DNA from: an uncultured Prevotellaceae bacterium
GTDB lineage: Bacteria > Bacteroidota > Bacteroidia > Bacteroidales > Bacteroidaceae
DNA: 38,615 nucleotides
Assembly: GCA_947303695.1 (NCBI GenBank)
Contig: CAMYYX010000001.1
Coordinates: 1 to 38,615, forward strand
Direction of reading: 5' to 3'
The translations under genes were made by a program, and so were the position numbers. Below the pieces are notes generated by a model that searched no databases, was not told the DNA's origin, and was given only the letters and a program-made list of their open reading frames with translations. Below, piece by piece: positions 34,859 through 38,615 of the stretch. The first letter of the stretch is position 1. Every line of letters begins with the position of its first letter.

Positions 34859-34975
34859 ACGATAGTTCGCAGGTGTTAACATCAGCAGTCATTCGTCGAG
34901 CGACGCAATAACTTCGATAACTTCAAAGAATTAGAATTATAGTAAATAGTAACTCGTCAAATAGTAAATAATATA

Positions 34976-37900
34976 ATGGGATTTAATGACATCATGACTA
35001 AACTCTTTGGCAATAAAGCGCAAAGAGATATCAAGGCAATTCGTCCGTTTGTGGAGAAAATCAATAAGATCTATCCAGAGATGGCTGCCCTTTCAAACGA
35101 TGAATTACGTGCGAAGACACAGGAGTTGAAGCAGGAAATACAAGATTCTGCAGCCGATCTTCGAAAGGAAATAGATGAAATCAAGGCTCAGATAGAGCAG
35201 ACGGAAATTCAGGACCGTGCACCTCTCTTTGAAAAAGTCGATAAGTTGGAAGCACAGATTCTGGAGGTCTACGACCATAAGTTGGACGAAATCATGCCTA
35301 CCGTCTATGCCATTGTGAAAGATACCTGTCGTCGTTTCCGTGAGGCCAAGACCATTGAGGACTTGGCACTTACTCCTACCGACTTCGACCGCGAGGCAGT
35401 GCTCCGTTATCCTGGAGTAGTGGAGATTGTCGATGATAAGGTGTTGATTCATGAAGTTTACGACGGTGCTCCTAACATTTGGATACCATACGATTGTCAG
35501 TTGTTTGGTGGTGTCGTACTTCATCAAGGTAAGATTGCCGAGATGATGACGGGTGAAGGTAAGACCCTGACATCAATCTTGCCGGTATTCCTCAATGCCC
35601 TTACAGGCAATGGTGTTCATGTTGTGACGGTCAATGACTATCTGGCAAAACGTGACTCCGAGTGGAACTCACCGGTATTCCTTTTCCACCAGATGAATGT
35701 CGACTGTATCGATAAGCATCAACCTAACTCTGCAGCTCGTCGTAAGGCTTATCAAGCCGATGTCACCTATGGAACCAATAACGAGTTCGGTTTCGACTAC
35801 TTGCGTGACAATATGGCGATGCGTCCAGAGGATCTCGTTCAGCGCTCACACAATTATGCTATTGTCGATGAGGTCGACTCTGTGCTCATCGATGATGCCC
35901 GTACACCGTTGATCATTTCAGGTCCTGTTCCAAAGGGTGATGATCAGATGTTCGATGAGTTCTGCCCATACATCGAAAAGCTGGTTGAGGTGCAGCGTAA
36001 GCAGTCCAATCAATACCTCGCTGAGGCGAAGAAACTCATTGACAGTGATGACCAGAAAGATATTGAGGCAGGATTCCTTTCACTTTTCCGTGCTTATAAG
36101 TCACTCCCAAAGAATAAGGCTCTTATCAAATATCTGTCCGAACCAGGTATCAAGACAGGACTTCTCAGAACAGAAGAAATCTATATGGAGAACAACAACC
36201 GTCGTATGCCGGAAGCTGTCGAACCCCTCTATTTCGTCTGTGATGAAAAGCAGAAGTCTGTTGAGATGACAGATAAGGGTAATCAGTTGATTGCCGACAT
36301 TGTCAAGGACGATACATTCTTCGTACTTCCCGACATTACCTCTCTGCTGTCCGACCTCGAAGCACAGCACTTGCCCGAGGAAGAGTACATCGCTAAGAAA
36401 GATGAGCTCATGCAGGATTATGCAGTGAAGAGCGAACGTGTTCACACCATGCAGCAGTTGCTCAAGGCATACACCATGTTCGAGATCGATGATGATTACG
36501 TTGTGATGGACGGTGAGGTGAAGATTGTCGACGAGCAGACAGGTCGTATCATGGAAGGACGTCGTTGGTCCGATGGACTCCATCAGGCAGTCGAAGCAAA
36601 GGAACATGTGAAGGTGGAGGCTGCAACGCAGACCTATGCAACCATCACGCTTCAGAACTACTTCCGTATGTACCACAAGTTGGCAGGTATGACCGGTACG
36701 GCCATCACTGAGGCAGGTGAGTTCTGGGATATCTATAAACTCGATGTAGTTGAGATTCCTACCAACGTGCCTGTCATTCGTGACGACCAGAACGACCGTG
36801 TCTATAAGACCAATCGTGAGAAGTACAGAGCAGTCATCGAAGAGATTGAGAAGCTTGTAGCAGCTGGACGTCCTGTCCTAGTGGGTACTACCTCTGTCGA
36901 GATTTCAGAAATGTTGAGCAAGATGCTGAACATGCGAAAGATAGAACACAATGTGTTGAATGCGAAGTTGCATGCACGCGAAGCCGACATCGTGAAGGAT
37001 GCAGGTCAGACCAGTCGTGTCACCATCGCAACCAACATGGCAGGTCGTGGTACCGATATCAAGCTCTCGGCAGCAGTTCGTGAGGCAGGTGGTTTGGCCA
37101 TCATCGGTACGGAGCGTCACGAGAGCCGTCGTGTCGACCGTCAGTTGCGTGGACGTGCCGGACGTCAGGGTGACCCGGGTTCATCTGTATTCTTCGTCAG
37201 TCTTGAGGATAAGTTGATGCGTCTGTTTGCATCCGACCGCATTTCCAAGATCATGGACCGCATGGGCTTCGAAGATGGAGAGATGATCGAGCATCCGATG
37301 ATCAACAAGTCTATCGAACGTGCACAGAAGAAAGTCGAGGAGAACAACTTCGGTATCCGTAAACGTCTGCTCGAATACGATGATGTGATGAACAAGCAGC
37401 GTAAGGTGATTTACGAGCGTCGTCGTCATGCTTTGATGGGTGAACGTATCGGTATGGATATCTCTAACATCATCTGGGATCGTGTCAATAAAGTGATTCT
37501 GGAGAACGACTACGATGGTTGCAAGGAGAACTTCTTCCGTCTGTTTGCGATGGACTTCCCGTTCACTGCCGAGCAGTACGAAGACAACCGCGAGCGTTGT
37601 GTCGATGAAGCTTATGATATTGTGCTGGAGAACTTCAAGAGACGTTCCGAACGTCTGGCGAATACAGCATGGCCGGTCATCAAGAAAGTGTATGAGGAGA
37701 AGGGTAGTATGTACGAGAATATCCTCATTCCACTGACTGATGGACACCGTGGCTATCAGATATCAGTGCCATTGAAGGAAGCATACGATCAGGAGGCGAA
37801 GAATATCTTCGTGGTGTTCGAGAAACTGGTGCTGCTTCATACCATTGATGAAGCATGGCAGGAGAACCTTCGTTTGCTCGATGAGCTGAAGCATTCGGTA

Positions 37901-38290
37901 CAGAATGCCAGCTATGAGCAGAAAGACCCGTTGCTCATCTTCAAGTTGGAGTCTGTGAATCTCTTTGACAATATGATTAATGAGATCAATGATGGAACCA
38001 TCTCAGTTCTGATGCGTTGCAGTCTGCCGGTAGCAGACCCTCAGGAGGTGCAGCAGGCACCAGCACAGCAGATGCGTCAGCCACAACGTCGTTATGTGGA
38101 GTCGAAGCAGGATCTGAGTGAGCCATCGGAGACACAGCGTGGTATGCAGCAAGCGGCTGCTGGGGATACACGTTCACGTCAGCAGGTGGTGCAGACGGTA
38201 AGGAATGAAGGACCTAAGATTGGACGTAACGACCCATGTCCTTGTGGTTCAGGAAAGAAGTTCAAGAACTGTCACGGTCGCGGATTGTAA
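34976..38290 (+). CDS. secA: Preprotein translocase ATPase SecA
   Basis: 1104 aa, with Walker [40 protein letters not shown] and [11 protein letters not shown]. The C-terminal zinc motif is [14 protein letters not shown]. Confidence 0.97.
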   Translation: MGFNDIMTKLFGNKAQRDIKAIRPFVEKINKIYPEMAALSNDELRAKTQELKQEIQDSAADLRKEIDEIKAQIEQTEIQDRAPLFEKVDKLEAQILEVYDHKLDEIMPTVYAIVKDTCRRFREAKTIEDLALTPTDFDREAVLRYPGVVEIVDDKVLIHEVYDGAPNIWIPYDCQLFGGVVLHQGKIAEMMTGEGKTLTSILPVFLNALTGNGVHVVTVNDYLAKRDSEWNSPVFLFHQMNVDCIDKHQPNSAARRKAYQADVTYGTNNEFGFDYLRDNMAMRPEDLVQRSHNYAIVDEVDSVLIDDARTPLIISGPVPKGDDQMFDEFCPYIEKLVEVQRKQSNQYLAEAKKLIDSDDQKDIEAGFLSLFRAYKSLPKNKALIKYLSEPGIKTGLLRTEEIYMENNNRRMPEAVEPLYFVCDEKQKSVEMTDKGNQLIADIVKDDTFFVLPDITSLLSDLEAQHLPEEEYIAKKDELMQDYAVKSERVHTMQQLLKAYTMFEIDDDYVVMDGEVKIVDEQTGRIMEGRRWSDGLHQAVEAKEHVKVEAATQTYATITLQNYFRMYHKLAGMTGTAITEAGEFWDIYKLDVVEIPTNVPVIRDDQNDRVYKTNREKYRAVIEEIEKLVAAGRPVLVGTTSVEISEMLSKMLNMRKIEHNVLNAKLHAREADIVKDAGQTSRVTIATNMAGRGTDIKLSAAVREAGGLAIIGTERHESRRVDRQLRGRAGRQGDPGSSVFFVSLEDKLMRLFASDRISKIMDRMGFEDGEMIEHPMINKSIERAQKKVEENNFGIRKRLLEYDDVMNKQRKVIYERRRHALMGERIGMDISNIIWDRVNKVILENDYDGCKENFFRLFAMDFPFTAEQYEDNRERCVDEAYDIVLENFKRRSERLANTAWPVIKKVYEEKGSMYENILIPLTDGHRGYQISVPLKEAYDQEAKNIFVVFEKLVLLHTIDEAWQENLRLLDELKHSVQNASYEQKDPLLIFKLESVNLFDNMINEINDGTISVLMRCSLPVADPQEVQQAPAQQMRQPQRRYVESKQDLSEPSETQRGMQQAAAGDTRSRQQVVQTVRNEGPKIGRNDPCPCGSGKKFKNCHGRGL

Positions 38291-38309
38291 GGCCGTACAC
38301 ACATAAAAA

Positions 38310-38341
38310 AATCCGTCACCCCTTCGGGTGGCGGATTTTTG
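38310..38341 (+). terminator. Strong rho-independent (potentially bidirectional) terminator after secA
   Basis: The 12-bp stem aatccgtcaccc / gggtggcggatt has one G-U pair and the loop cttc. An A-run precedes it and a T-run follows. Confidence 0.85.
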
Positions 38342-38411
38342 TTTGCTGCGCAAGCCGCCAAGGCGGCGGGGTGTGCCCCCATGGGCACGTCGCATGCGAC
38401 ATTGGGGATAT

Positions 38412-38471
38412 TAAACCATTAAACTCTTGAACTCTTAAACTCTTAAACTTTTTAAACTTTTGAAACCTTTT
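38412..38471. repeat. Seven tandem 8-9 bp units t(a/g)aac(t/c)yt(t)
   Basis: Read directly: taaaccat taaactct tgaactct taaactct taaactttt taaactttt gaaacctttt. Confidence 0.85.
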
Positions 38472-38615
38472 CATCATTTTGATTATCAATATAAACGCGT
38501 GGATTAGGTTGTCTAATCTGCGTGTTAGGTATTTCTAGGGCTGTTTTGTTTTTTGTTATTCTACAAATCTGATTGATGGTGTAAAAAGCGATGTAAACAT
38601 ATTATTAATAAGGTA

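Noticed and set aside
38236-38430. 64-aa + strand ORF spanning the end of secA, the terminator and the GC palindromes
   Set aside because: It overlaps secA out of frame and runs through a strong terminator hairpin. Its open frame is explained by the GC-rich palindromes.
1-38615. Mobile elements, prophage, toxin-antitoxin, restriction-modification or other defence systems
   Set aside because: No transposase, integrase, recombinase, phage structural, nuclease/methylase or Abi-like ORFs are present. I saw no long inverted terminal repeats and no obvious compositional island. The window reads as core chromosome.

Overview
This window looks like an ordinary chromosomal segment of a Bacteroidota genome, probably Prevotella/Segatella-like. 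The basis is TAnnTTTG -7 promoter boxes, no Shine-Dalgarno signals, many lipoprotein or signal peptides, and Bacteroidales-type DUF proteins. I support about 31 protein genes, almost all on the + strand. Housekeeping anchors are mfd, glyA, rlmN, pdxA and secA. The left end carries a nucleobase-uptake locus (two NCS2 permeases plus a Tsx-like outer-membrane barrel) flanked by GH35 and GH3 glycosidases. I found no rRNA, tRNA, CRISPR array, transposase, integrase or recognisable defence genes. The most interesting region is a six-gene cluster at 23966-29662. It encodes an MprF-type flippase-like membrane protein, a LicC/IPCT-like nucleotidyltransferase, an ATP-grasp protein, a CDP-alcohol phosphatidyltransferase, a HAD hydrolase and myo-inositol-1-phosphate synthase. 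I read this as a non-canonical inositol-phosphate lipid (or solute) pathway, probably via CDP-inositol, with two components that have no assigned role. Other points worth a second look are: a dihydroorotase-like gene cut by one in-frame TAG with all catalytic motifs intact; a standalone MetH activation domain gene overlapping it; an alkaline phosphatase with a Gly/Phe low-complexity linker and an extra C-terminal domain; and several short tandem or palindromic repeat blocks in intergenic spacers. All functional calls come from reading motifs in the supplied translations. No database search was run.
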